Source: Candidatus Pacearchaeota archaeon (lineage in GTDB: Archaea > Nanobdellota > Nanobdellia > Pacearchaeales > GW2011-AR1). From it: a stretch of DNA of 64,000 bases. Below the pieces are notes generated by a model. The model ran no database searches. It was not told the DNA's origin and saw only the letters and a program-made list of their open reading frames with translations. Positions 1 through 7,075 of the stretch are shown one piece after another. The stretch covers positions 19,766-83,765 of the forward strand of contig JBAZMK010000004.1 of assembly GCA_041649755.1 (NCBI GenBank), read 5' to 3'. A program made the position numbers and the translations under genes. Each line of letters begins with the position of its first letter. Position 1 is the stretch's first letter.

Positions 1-319
1 CTTCGTCTTTTGTCAGTGTCTGGATTATTCTTTTTTCTTTTTTTGGACGTTTGATTGTTTGGGTTATGTCTTTTTGGAAGATGGTTAGGTAAGAGTATTT
101 TATCGCAGAGAGAGAAAGGATGACCGACATAGAAGATTTATCTGAGAATTTTTCGGCGAGGAAGAGTTTGATGTCTTCTGGGGAAACTTGTTCAGGGGAT
201 TTATTTACAAAGTCTAAAAGGATTTTATTTGAGTGAAGATAGTTACGAATAGTGTACTCTGAATTTTTCGCGATTTTCAATTCTATTTCAAGTTTTTTAA
301 GAAACTCTTCTTTCTCCAT
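1..319 (-). CDS. Tyrosine recombinase (XerA/XerC/XerD-like integrase), N-terminal part only; gene continues beyond the left edge
   Basis: Own minus-strand translation from ATG 319-317: MEKEEFLKKLEIELKIAKNSEYTIRNYLHSNKILLDFVNKSPEQVSPEDIKLFLAEKFSDKSSMSVILSLSAIKYSYLTIFQKDITQTIKRPKKEKRIIQTLTKDE..., open to position 1. The layout matches the SAM-like N-terminal core-binding domain plus basic linker that precedes the catalytic domain of phage-integrase-family recombinases. The catalytic domain is not visible. Absent from the ORF track because it is edge-truncated. Confidence 0.55.
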   Translation of the reverse strand, partial: MEKEEFLKKLEIELKIAKNSEYTIRNYLHSNKILLDFVNKSPEQVSPEDIKLFLAEKFSDKSSMSVILSLSAIKYSYLTIFQKDITQTIKRPKKEKRIIQTLTKDE

Positions 320-325
320 AACCTC

Positions 326-343
326 TTTTAGATTGTGCGAACT
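326..343 (+). repeat. Copy 1 of TTTTAGATTGTGCGAACT (core ATTGTGCGAACT), 6 nt from the recombinase start codon
   Basis: Read directly; identical 18-mer at 1382-1399, 12-nt core again at 2141-2152 and 2179-2190, all in the same orientation. Confidence 0.9.
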
Positions 344-457
344 ATTAAAGGGGGTGGAGTTTAAAGAGTTTTGTTTTTATGAAAAACTAAGGGTCTATGA
401 TGTATTTGGGAGATAGAACTAGAGAACACAAATCTTTATTAGGAATTTTATTTTTAT

Positions 458-1285
458 TTGGGTATGGAGACTAAACCAGAGCATGAAATTTTTGGAGAAG
501 ATGTAGATTTTGAACATATAAGGGATATTAAAAGAGTCTTCCAACCCGGAATGCTGAGCTCACAATATTTTTTTAATCCTGTTTCATTAAGAAATTCGGT
601 TTCAGAACTTTGTGGTCCTGGTTCAGAAGATATTTTAGTTTATTTTAAGGTAATAGGGGGGATAAATATTACTTCTAATGACAAAGATGAAAAAAGAAAG
701 TGGTGGGGGGCTTTTCAAGATTTTATCCCATTGGTTGAACGAATTCCTGCAGGTTGTGAAGTAGGATATTGGTATGGGTCTGATGGAAAAGAATATCTCT
801 CTCCTGAATTCAAAGAAAGTACCCCTCCTTATCAAGCATTTGCACATCTATTTGGAAAAGGAATAGATGGATTTTCAAGTTTTGTTAACCAAAACCCAAA
901 TAAAATAGATTTCTCTTCTTGGACATACTCAAAACCAGATGGTTCTTTAGCGGGGGGTAAAACTTCTGTATGGATTGGAAAATCCGACGTTCTTTTAGAG
1001 TCGGCATGGGTGTTGAATAACGCTTTTCATGAGATGGAAAGGGAAGGATATAAGGTAGGTAGTGAGGAAATGGTGGGTGATAGAAGGAAGGAGATTAGGA
1101 TTATCCATCCCGAAAGGGGAGCTTTGGTTGGGAGTTTATATGGGAAAGATAGTATAACCCTTTTTTTAGAAAAAAGTTCTCTAGTAAAATTAGTTGAACA
1201 ATCTTATAGAAGATTAATGAAGCAAAGAATGGCCACAGTTAGGGGGAGAAGTTCAGCGAAGCAAAGATTTGCTTATAATATTTAA
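458..1285 (+). CDS. Hypothetical soluble protein, no family recognised
   Basis: 275-aa ORF with only a short antisense competitor; W/G/Y-rich, no TM segment. Bracketed by the identical 18-bp direct repeat (326-343 / 1382-1399). Confidence 0.45.
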   Translation: MGMETKPEHEIFGEDVDFEHIRDIKRVFQPGMLSSQYFFNPVSLRNSVSELCGPGSEDILVYFKVIGGINITSNDKDEKRKWWGAFQDFIPLVERIPAGCEVGYWYGSDGKEYLSPEFKESTPPYQAFAHLFGKGIDGFSSFVNQNPNKIDFSSWTYSKPDGSLAGGKTSVWIGKSDVLLESAWVLNNAFHEMEREGYKVGSEEMVGDRRKEIRIIHPERGALVGSLYGKDSITLFLEKSSLVKLVEQSYRRLMKQRMATVRGRSSAKQRFAYNI

Positions 1286-1381
1286 TTAAAAGCTGATCCT
1301 TGAGGACACCAACTTTATTACAATTTGACAGACTCTTTTCGTTAAACCGAATAACTATTTTTTTATTTTGTTAAGGTATCT

Positions 1382-1399
1382 TTTTAGATTGTGCGAACT
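1382..1399 (+). repeat. Copy 2 of TTTTAGATTGTGCGAACT
   Basis: Read directly; lies in the convergent intergenic region between the orphan gene and the HNH gene. Confidence 0.9.
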
Positions 1400-1559
1400 T
1401 TTTTATGTGTAGATTTTTATTTATTTCTTATCTCACTTTTTCTTTAAGCCCCCAATAAAACTTGACTTGCTAACTCTCACTTTTTCACTTAAAATTTTTA
1501 TGATTTTGGTGAAATGAGAAGTTGAGTAGAGAAAAGCTTGTTTTTGAGAGAAAAGTGGC

Positions 1560-2051
1560 TTAAAGGGGCTCTGAAGGGCTGAAATTAGGGTTAATTTTTG
1601 GGTTTGTTTCTGTTATTGGAAGGTCAAAACCTTTTTCTTTAAGGATTTTGAAGAGCTCGGGGCGGAAGTTTATGTTGTGAATCATTCTGTGATGGTTGGG
1701 GCAGAGACCGATTAGGTTTTTTGGGTTGTTGTTTTGTTTGTTTGTATCTATGTGGTGGAGGTCAATGATTCTGTTGAAACCACAGATTACGCACTCTTTC
1801 GTGACTTTTCGATAGGTTTTTAGGTCAACATTGTGGGCTTTTCGATGGATGTATGCTTTGTTTTTTTCTACTTGAAAGACAGAGTTGTAACAGCCCGCAC
1901 AGAGACCTTTGGCGTGGATGGGCATTTTTCTCTTACAACGTTTACAAATCTGGATTTTTGGGGTGTACTTTAATTTCTTGTAACAAGTGTAACAGAGACC
2001 TTTGGCGTGGTGTTCTTTTTCCTGCTGACAGTTAATACATTTTCTAATCAT
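1560..2051 (-). CDS. HNH endonuclease with N-terminal duplicated CxxC zinc-knuckle modules
   Basis: C-terminal CVICGFNRIIDLHHID...NLIGLCPNHHRMIH is a typical HNH/His-Me finger pattern. The N-terminus has two CxxC...HAKGLCxxCY modules (CINCQQEKEHHAKGLCYTCY, CKRCKRKMPIHAKGLCAGCY). Confidence 0.75.
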   Translation of the reverse strand: MIRKCINCQQEKEHHAKGLCYTCYKKLKYTPKIQICKRCKRKMPIHAKGLCAGCYNSVFQVEKNKAYIHRKAHNVDLKTYRKVTKECVICGFNRIIDLHHIDTNKQNNNPKNLIGLCPNHHRMIHNINFRPELFKILKEKGFDLPITETNPKINPNFSPSEPL

Positions 2052-2140
2052 TTGATAAAAAATCCGTTCGCATATAAAAATCTTTGTACAAACGGGCTAT
2101 TTTCGTTCGTTTTAAAATGTAAGAACTTCATACAATCTAT

Positions 2141-2190
2141 ATTGTGCGAACTTCATGGGATTCTTGTGTACAATGTGGATTGTGCGAACT
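2141..2190 (+). repeat. Copies 3 and 4 of the ATTGTGCGAACT core, each with an ACAAT-N4-ATTGT mini-hairpin
   Basis: 2141-2152 and 2179-2190. Hairpins are ACAATctatATTGT and ACAATgtggATTGT. Located about 90 and 130 nt upstream of the HNH start codon. Confidence 0.85.
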
Positions 2191-2341
2191 AAGTTTCTAC
2201 TTTCTTCTAAAGCTCTGCCTGTTTTCTTTCCTAAAACTGATTGGAAAATTGGCGGTCTATCCTCTTATGAACTTTGTTTTCGCCAAGCCATTGTGCACTT
2301 AGGTCAACTTAGTGAAAAATAAAAAATAAAAATTTATGTTC

Positions 2342-2578
2342 TTATCTGTCGAAGATTGCGAGAATAACACTTAAGATTGTACCGATAACGACAATCCATC
2401 CAGTGATAACTGTGATGATCGCAGGGATTAGGGGAATCCTTAAAGTTTCGTCAATCATTCCTGAACCAACTGCGAGGGCAACAATTACCCCTACAATCCA
2501 AACGAGGACATTAATGAAAGTCGTGCCTCTAGTTGGTTTCGTTACCTGTTTGTTTGTTTTCTTTTTTGCTGGTGCCAT
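2342..2578 (-). CDS. Small membrane protein (basic N-terminus, two hydrophobic helices)
   Basis: 78-aa ORF: MAPAKKKTNKQ... followed by two long hydrophobic stretches. GGAGG-like sequence (aaggaggta) just upstream of the ATG on the minus strand. Confidence 0.5.
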   Translation of the reverse strand: MAPAKKKTNKQVTKPTRGTTFINVLVWIVGVIVALAVGSGMIDETLRIPLIPAIITVITGWIVVIGTILSVILAIFDR

Positions 2579-2587
2579 TTTACCTCC

Positions 2588-2872
2588 TTATTTTTTATTT
2601 GTGAAAAAATGAAGTATGAAAAATGTAATCGCAAAGGTGAGTAATATCGTGATAAAATACGCCTCTGAAAGAGATGAAGTGTAACCAAAAAATTCTTTAA
2701 TTGAATTGAAACTTCCTACCTGGTCTGGATTTAGTGTGCAAAATGTCCATTTATAGACTGGATTTGGGACTGCGGGAGCTATTCGACAAGGGGTGATTCT
2801 GAGAGAAATCGAGAGAACCAAGACTATGAATGAAACCACCCCTGAATACAACACCTTTTTCTTAAACTGCAT
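2588..2872 (-). CDS. Small membrane protein
   Basis: 94-aa ORF with N- and C-terminal hydrophobic helices; 9-nt gap to the downstream 78-aa gene suggests an operon. Confidence 0.4.
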   Translation of the reverse strand: MQFKKKVLYSGVVSFIVLVLSISLRITPCRIAPAVPNPVYKWTFCTLNPDQVGSFNSIKEFFGYTSSLSEAYFITILLTFAITFFILHFFTNKK

Positions 2873-2971
2873 AAAGTTAAGGAGGTTGTGGAGTTTATAA
2901 CCTTTTTGGAAAATAAAAGTTTTTTAGATAAATGAATCCTCTGAGAATTGGTTAAAAATAAAGGTTTTTGG

Positions 2972-3135
2972 GCGTTCAAACAGTTGTTTAAATAACTCAT
3001 CAAAAAGTGACTTTTTTCAACAGATTATTTATTTTAACGAAGATAAATCTGGTGTTTGTAATTTAAACAAGGGGTGTTTAAATAAGTAAATATGCTGTGT
3101 TTTGGGGTGTTTTGGGGTGTTTGGTGTTTAAACAG
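2972..3135 (+). promoter_or_regulatory. Cluster of GGTGTTTAAA / GTGTTTTGGG repeats upstream of the 3177 gene (candidate operator region)
   Basis: GCGTTCAAACAG 2972-2983, TTGTTTAAATAA 2984-2995, GGTGTTTAAATAAG 3073-3086, tandem GTGTTTTGGG-GTGTTTTGGG-GTGTTTGGTGTTTAAACAG 3097-3135. Contains the palindrome GTTTAAAC. Confidence 0.5.
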
Positions 3136-3144
3136 AGAGAAAGA

Positions 3145-3152
3145 TTTATAAA
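3145..3152 (+). promoter_or_regulatory. TATA-box-like TTTATAAA
   Basis: Lies about 25 nt upstream of ATG 3177. This spacing is compatible with an archaeal promoter driving a leaderless or short-leader mRNA. Confidence 0.35.
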
Positions 3153-3176
3153 GAAAGTGGTGTTAAAGATGTTAAG

Positions 3177-3788
3177 ATGTTTGGATTTTTTAATAGAAAA
3201 AAAGAAGTTGAAAAATTAAGAGAAGAGGTACAAGATTCTTTCAACCGGGTAAAACAGGATTTTGGGAAAGTAGGTGAATGGATAAAACATTTCGACGAGA
3301 AAAGCACGAATAATGAAAATGAAATTTCTGAAATAAAAGATATGATCTTGGGTATGCAAGAAGATATTTTGGAGTTAAAAGACTTCATTTCTTTTTTTAA
3401 ACCTCAGCTGTCCAAACAAGTACAAACAAACAAGTCTAAACAAACAGACTACATAGCTGTCCAAACACCTGTCCAAACACCTGTCCAAACACCTATTTTA
3501 GATAATCTTACTGTGATGGAAAGAGCAATAGTTTGGGCACTAATTAATGCAGATATGAAGTTAAGTTATGAAGACTTAGCCGCTTTATTGGGGAAAGATA
3601 AAAGTACTATTAGAGGACAGATAAACACTATAAAACAAAAAAATGATATGTTAATAAGAGAATTTAGAGAGATTACGGGTAAAAAAAGGGTATTTATAGA
3701 TGAGGAAATGAAGAATAATTTATTAAAAAACGTAAAAGTGAGAGTTAATAGCGAAAAAAAGACTAAAAAAGAGAAAAGTGAGAGTTAA
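3177..3788 (+). CDS. Coiled-coil / T-Q-P-rich linker / C-terminal winged-HTH protein
   Basis: N-terminal heptad-like charged region, VQTPVQTPVQTP tandem repeat, then LTVMERAIVWALINADMKLSYEDLAALLGKDKSTIRGQINTIK (HTH-like). Same architecture as the convergent 3985-4611 gene. Confidence 0.6.
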   Translation: MFGFFNRKKEVEKLREEVQDSFNRVKQDFGKVGEWIKHFDEKSTNNENEISEIKDMILGMQEDILELKDFISFFKPQLSKQVQTNKSKQTDYIAVQTPVQTPVQTPILDNLTVMERAIVWALINADMKLSYEDLAALLGKDKSTIRGQINTIKQKNDMLIREFREITGKKRVFIDEEMKNNLLKNVKVRVNSEKKTKKEKSES

Positions 3789-3951
3789 TAGCGAAAAAAT
3801 ATATATAGATTAATGAAAAAGTGAGGGTAAAAATGAAAGAATACAAGAAAAATTGTAAAAAAGAGAAAAGTGAGAGAGATTTCGGAAAAATAATGCAGGT
3901 TATAGATAAATAACAGACCTAAATATGGGGGATTTAGGGTTAAAGTGAGGG
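3734..3951 (+). repeat. Iteron-like array: 26-bp perfect direct repeat x2 plus three more AAAGTGAG[AG]G cores
   Basis: AAAAGTGAGAGTTAATAGCGAAAAAA at 3734-3759 and 3774-3799; cores at 3818-3827, 3867-3876 and 3942-3951. Inverted copies at 1431-1439 and 1474-1483. Confidence 0.85.
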
Positions 3952-3984
3952 TAATTATTTAGTCGTTTAACCGAATAAAGATAG

Positions 3985-4611
3985 TTAAAGCTCTCTCAAT
4001 TGAATAATTTTAGATAGGGTAACTATATTTCTTAGATCGGGGGAGATTTTAAGTAAAATTGTCTTGTTATTTAGCTTGATTTTCTGTATTGGAATCCCTT
4101 TTTTGATGAGTTTATTAATATAATCTCTTATAGAAGATTCGCTCAAATCAAGGTTTAAAGACAGGGTTCTGTAGGTTATTTCAGGTATATTCTCGTCTTC
4201 AAGAGTGTATAATTTACTAAAAACAACCATTTCCTGGGTAGTTAAGCGTTTGAATTTTAACCTTATTTCTTTTTTTATACTATCTAAAGAGTTAAGAATT
4301 TCTCCAGCTCTTGAAAAATCATGAAAATCTATAGGTTTTTGTGTTGGTTTGTCTGTCTGTTGGTTTGTCTGTCTGTCTGTTGGAACCCCCCTATTTCCTG
4401 TGGAAAATTCATTATTTTGGGCTTTTAGGGGTTCTAAGGGGGTATTTTGTGTTGGTTTGTCTGTTGGTTTGTCTGAATTACTATATTCTTTAAGCAAAAA
4501 ATCTATCTTTTGTGCCTGAATAGATAACTCTGACTTTATGAAAGAAATATTCTGATTAAGAAGAACTATATCCTCTTTTATTTTATTGAAGGCCTCTTTT
4601 AGTGGGTCCAT
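3985..4611 (-). CDS. Coiled-coil / T-Q-P-K-rich linker / C-terminal winged-HTH protein (architectural paralog of 3177-3788)
   Basis: N-terminal coiled-coil-like segment, DKPTDKPTQ...TDRQTNQQTDKPTQKP low-complexity linker (GGTTTGTCTG nucleotide repeats), then C-terminal LTTQEMVVFSKLY...ITYRTLSLNLDLSESSIRDYINKLIKKG, which is HTH-like. Confidence 0.6.
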   Translation of the reverse strand: MDPLKEAFNKIKEDIVLLNQNISFIKSELSIQAQKIDFLLKEYSNSDKPTDKPTQNTPLEPLKAQNNEFSTGNRGVPTDRQTNQQTDKPTQKPIDFHDFSRAGEILNSLDSIKKEIRLKFKRLTTQEMVVFSKLYTLEDENIPEITYRTLSLNLDLSESSIRDYINKLIKKGIPIQKIKLNNKTILLKISPDLRNIVTLSKIIQLREL

Positions 4612-4664
4612 TATAAATTAGGTAAGAGGTTCTTTATAATTATGATTATGTTTTAATGTATATT

Positions 4665-4934
4665 TCACTGAAGTTTCTTGTAAGCCTGGTAAGTCTTATT
4701 GGAAATTCGCCATCGGACTCTACGGGTGTATTTAAGTCCCTGTGAATTCTTGTCAACTTTGGTCACGAGATCTTTTTTAGACAAATCCCCTAGTAAATTT
4801 TTTATGAATTCTTCATCTCTGGCGAGTTCTTTTGCAATGTCTGAAGTAAATTTCTGGTTTGGAAAAATTGAGAAAAGGTAAGATAAGATTTGTTCGGAGA
4901 TTTTCTCTATTTTTTGTTCGGAGATTTTGGGCAT
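4665..4934 (-). CDS. Small winged-HTH DNA-binding protein
   Basis: 89 aa; FTSDIAKELARDEEFIKNLLGDLSKKDLV followed by a beta-hairpin-like KYTRRVRWRIS. Confidence 0.5.
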   Translation of the reverse strand: MPKISEQKIEKISEQILSYLFSIFPNQKFTSDIAKELARDEEFIKNLLGDLSKKDLVTKVDKNSQGLKYTRRVRWRISNKTYQAYKKLQ

Positions 4935-5011
4935 TGTGTAGTTAAGAGGTCTTGGTTTAAATTTGTTTGTAATTTAGAAAGATTTATAATATTGTTTCTT
5001 ATAAGAAATGA

Positions 5012-6118
5012 ATGAAAAAGGGGAGTTTGATTTGTATTTTTGTATTAATTGTTATTTTGGGTTTAAATTTTGTTGTTGGGGCTCCCTATATAAATGCCGA
5101 TTGCTCGGATGCAGAAATTCAAAAAGTTTGGGAGAGTGTTTTTAAAGAAAGTTTCGGTGGAGCGACTATTTCTAAAGTTAAAAATACTGAGAGTGAATGT
5201 TCTTATTATATTTATAAAGATTCTTCAGGAGAAAATTATATTTTAATAGGGAATTATTTAATTACAAGTAATAAGAAGACTATTTTAAATGCAATTTATA
5301 TTAATGGTTCTATTGGTGAAGGGGTCATTGACGAATCTGTTTCTGAAAATGAATTATTAGATTATGGTACTGAAAGAAATATAAGTATGTCCAATGCTGA
5401 AAATGAATTTAATCGGGTTTTTGAGGGTGTGAGTTCGGGGGGTTGGAGTTTGGTTGAGGGTTCTACTTCAAATTATTTTAAATCTGAAAGTGTCGGTGAT
5501 GCTGAAGAGGTAGAAAAAAGAGTTTATGATAAAAAGACTATTAATAGTTTTTACTATACTTTTACGGAAACTATAACACAAGACTCAGGGGTTGATGATG
5601 ATTTTGCTTTTAAGGAAATTGGGTCGGTTTATGTTAAAAGAGGTGAAGAATTTAAAATAAATATGAAGATTTTTTTGAAAAATCCGGATTACGATGGATT
5701 AAAATATAGAATTGTTGGTTTGAAAAATACTTCTGTTAAATTTAAAGGGGATATTATGACTATAAAATGGGATAAAAACTATGATGATTTTGAAAAAGTG
5801 CGTGTTTATGCAGATAATGGAACAAAAGAAATCAGAAGTAATGAATTTTTTATATTTTATATGAAAGAAGATGGTTCTATTGATAATAAAACCGAGGAAA
5901 TTGAGGAAAATATAGGGAATGAGTCAAAAGAAGAATTAATTGAAGAAGAAAAATCTTTTAATTGGTTGGTTTTTGTGATTATTATTTCGTGTGTTTTGAT
6001 TTTGTTTATGATTCTTGGGTTAGTTTATATTTTATTTGGTAGAAAAGATAAGAGAAAAGAGGATTTTAAATCTGAAGAAGTTGATAAGTATATAAAAGAT
6101 TTAAAAATAGATGAATAA
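5012..6118 (+). CDS. Secreted, C-terminally membrane-anchored surface protein
   Basis: N-terminal signal-like MKKGSLICIFVLIVILGLNFVVGA; C-terminal TM (WLVFVIIISCVLILFMILGLVYILF) plus charged tail. Confidence 0.6.
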   Translation: MKKGSLICIFVLIVILGLNFVVGAPYINADCSDAEIQKVWESVFKESFGGATISKVKNTESECSYYIYKDSSGENYILIGNYLITSNKKTILNAIYINGSIGEGVIDESVSENELLDYGTERNISMSNAENEFNRVFEGVSSGGWSLVEGSTSNYFKSESVGDAEEVEKRVYDKKTINSFYYTFTETITQDSGVDDDFAFKEIGSVYVKRGEEFKINMKIFLKNPDYDGLKYRIVGLKNTSVKFKGDIMTIKWDKNYDDFEKVRVYADNGTKEIRSNEFFIFYMKEDGSIDNKTEEIEENIGNESKEELIEEEKSFNWLVFVIIISCVLILFMILGLVYILFGRKDKRKEDFKSEEVDKYIKDLKIDE

Positions 6119-6520
6119 TTATTTATTATTTTTCAAATCAACTCTTGGAAGTCTTAAATGTATGGGAAAACCCATTTCTTCTTCAATTTGAATTGCTTTT
6201 ATAGAAGCTTTTTGTATTATATTGTTTGTTATAAATATATAATCTGGTGTTTCTATTTTATTTTCTTTCCAAGCTTTTTGAAGTTCCTTTAATGTTCTTG
6301 AGTCTGTTGAAAAAAATAGAGACCCTTCTAAAGAAATTTTACCTAAATCTAAATAATTTACTTCAAAAAGATATTTTGCCTGGAAAGTTTCTTTATTTTT
6401 TAATGGAAAAATTTCTAAAATCTTAATATTCATTTTTGCAGATGTCTGTCCTGAAAAATTTGGATTAAATTCTGCATTTATTTTTACAAATTTTGAATTA
6501 ATTAATTTAATTTTGTTCAT
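6119..6520 (-). CDS. Hypothetical soluble protein
   Basis: 133-aa ORF separated by one nucleotide from the upstream PRC-barrel gene; no family recognised with confidence. Confidence 0.45.
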   Translation of the reverse strand: MNKIKLINSKFVKINAEFNPNFSGQTSAKMNIKILEIFPLKNKETFQAKYLFEVNYLDLGKISLEGSLFFSTDSRTLKELQKAWKENKIETPDYIFITNNIIQKASIKAIQIEEEMGFPIHLRLPRVDLKNNK

Positions 6521-6521
6521 T

Positions 6522-6776
6522 TTATATTAAATCTTCTTCAGAAACTACTATAAAATCTCCGACCGCGATTACTGCATTATAGGGAATTAATGCCTCTTTA
6601 TCTTTAGTTCTTTCTAATGATAAATTTGATGTGTGTGGTGTTAAATCTTTTAAAATAATATATAAAAGTTCACCAGTTCTTGCTTCAAAAGTAATATCTT
6701 TTACAAAACCTAATTTTTTACCTTCTTTCGTGACTACTTGTTTTCCAACCAAATTTTTGAATGGTTTCTTATCCAT
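6522..6776 (-). CDS. PRC-barrel domain protein
   Basis: LVGKQVVTKEGKKLGFVKDITFEARTGELLYIIL...IPYNAVIAVGDFIVV matches the PRC-barrel pattern common in archaea. Confidence 0.65.
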   Translation of the reverse strand: MDKKPFKNLVGKQVVTKEGKKLGFVKDITFEARTGELLYIILKDLTPHTSNLSLERTKDKEALIPYNAVIAVGDFIVVSEEDLI

Positions 6777-7075
6777 CTTATAATCAAAAGAGGTTTGTTT
6801 ATAAACTTTTCTTTTAGTTTTTATTAATTTAAAGTAGTAGATTTTTATTTTGGGGGTGTGACCCTATGGTTTCTTATGGAAAGCTTTAAAAATATTTTTA
6901 AAATTTTGTTTTTTGTTTTTAAATTTTTATTTATAAATATTTATATTATTTAATATATATAATATAATCTTATATATTATAGTATATTTATTTTTTTGAT
7001 TTATTTTATTTTGTGTTGCATTTGAAATGAAGGTGTGTGAGTTATGTTTTCTAATATATGAATGTTTAAATAGTT
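6777..7075. other. Candidate chromosomal replication origin (oriC) with A/T-only unwinding element
   Basis: Roughly 6880-7010 is almost exclusively A/T and sits immediately upstream of orc1/cdc6. It is flanked by G-containing boxes TGGGGGTGTGACCC (6851-6864) and AAGGTGTGTGAG (7030-7041). The oriC-cdc6-polD arrangement is known from Thermococcales. Confidence 0.55.

Noticed and set aside
3734-3951. Possible CRISPR array because of regularly recurring AAAGTGAG-containing repeats
   Set aside because: There are only two long (26-bp) identical repeats. The others share just a 10-nt core, spacing is irregular (about 40/44/49/75 nt), the first repeat lies inside a coding region, and no cas genes are present in the window.
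1-5000. Calling the left 5 kb a defined prophage or integrated plasmid
   Set aside because: No capsid, portal, terminase or replication-initiator genes were recognised, and no unambiguous att duplication delimits an element. The recombinase could equally be the chromosomal XerA. The region is kept as an accessory patch with repeats only.
6851-7041. Annotating the two GGTGTG-containing boxes as bona fide Orc1/Cdc6 ORB elements
   Set aside because: They are in direct rather than inverted orientation, share only about 6-7 nt, and do not match the ORB dyad consensus I remember. They are mentioned only as candidates within the oriC finding.
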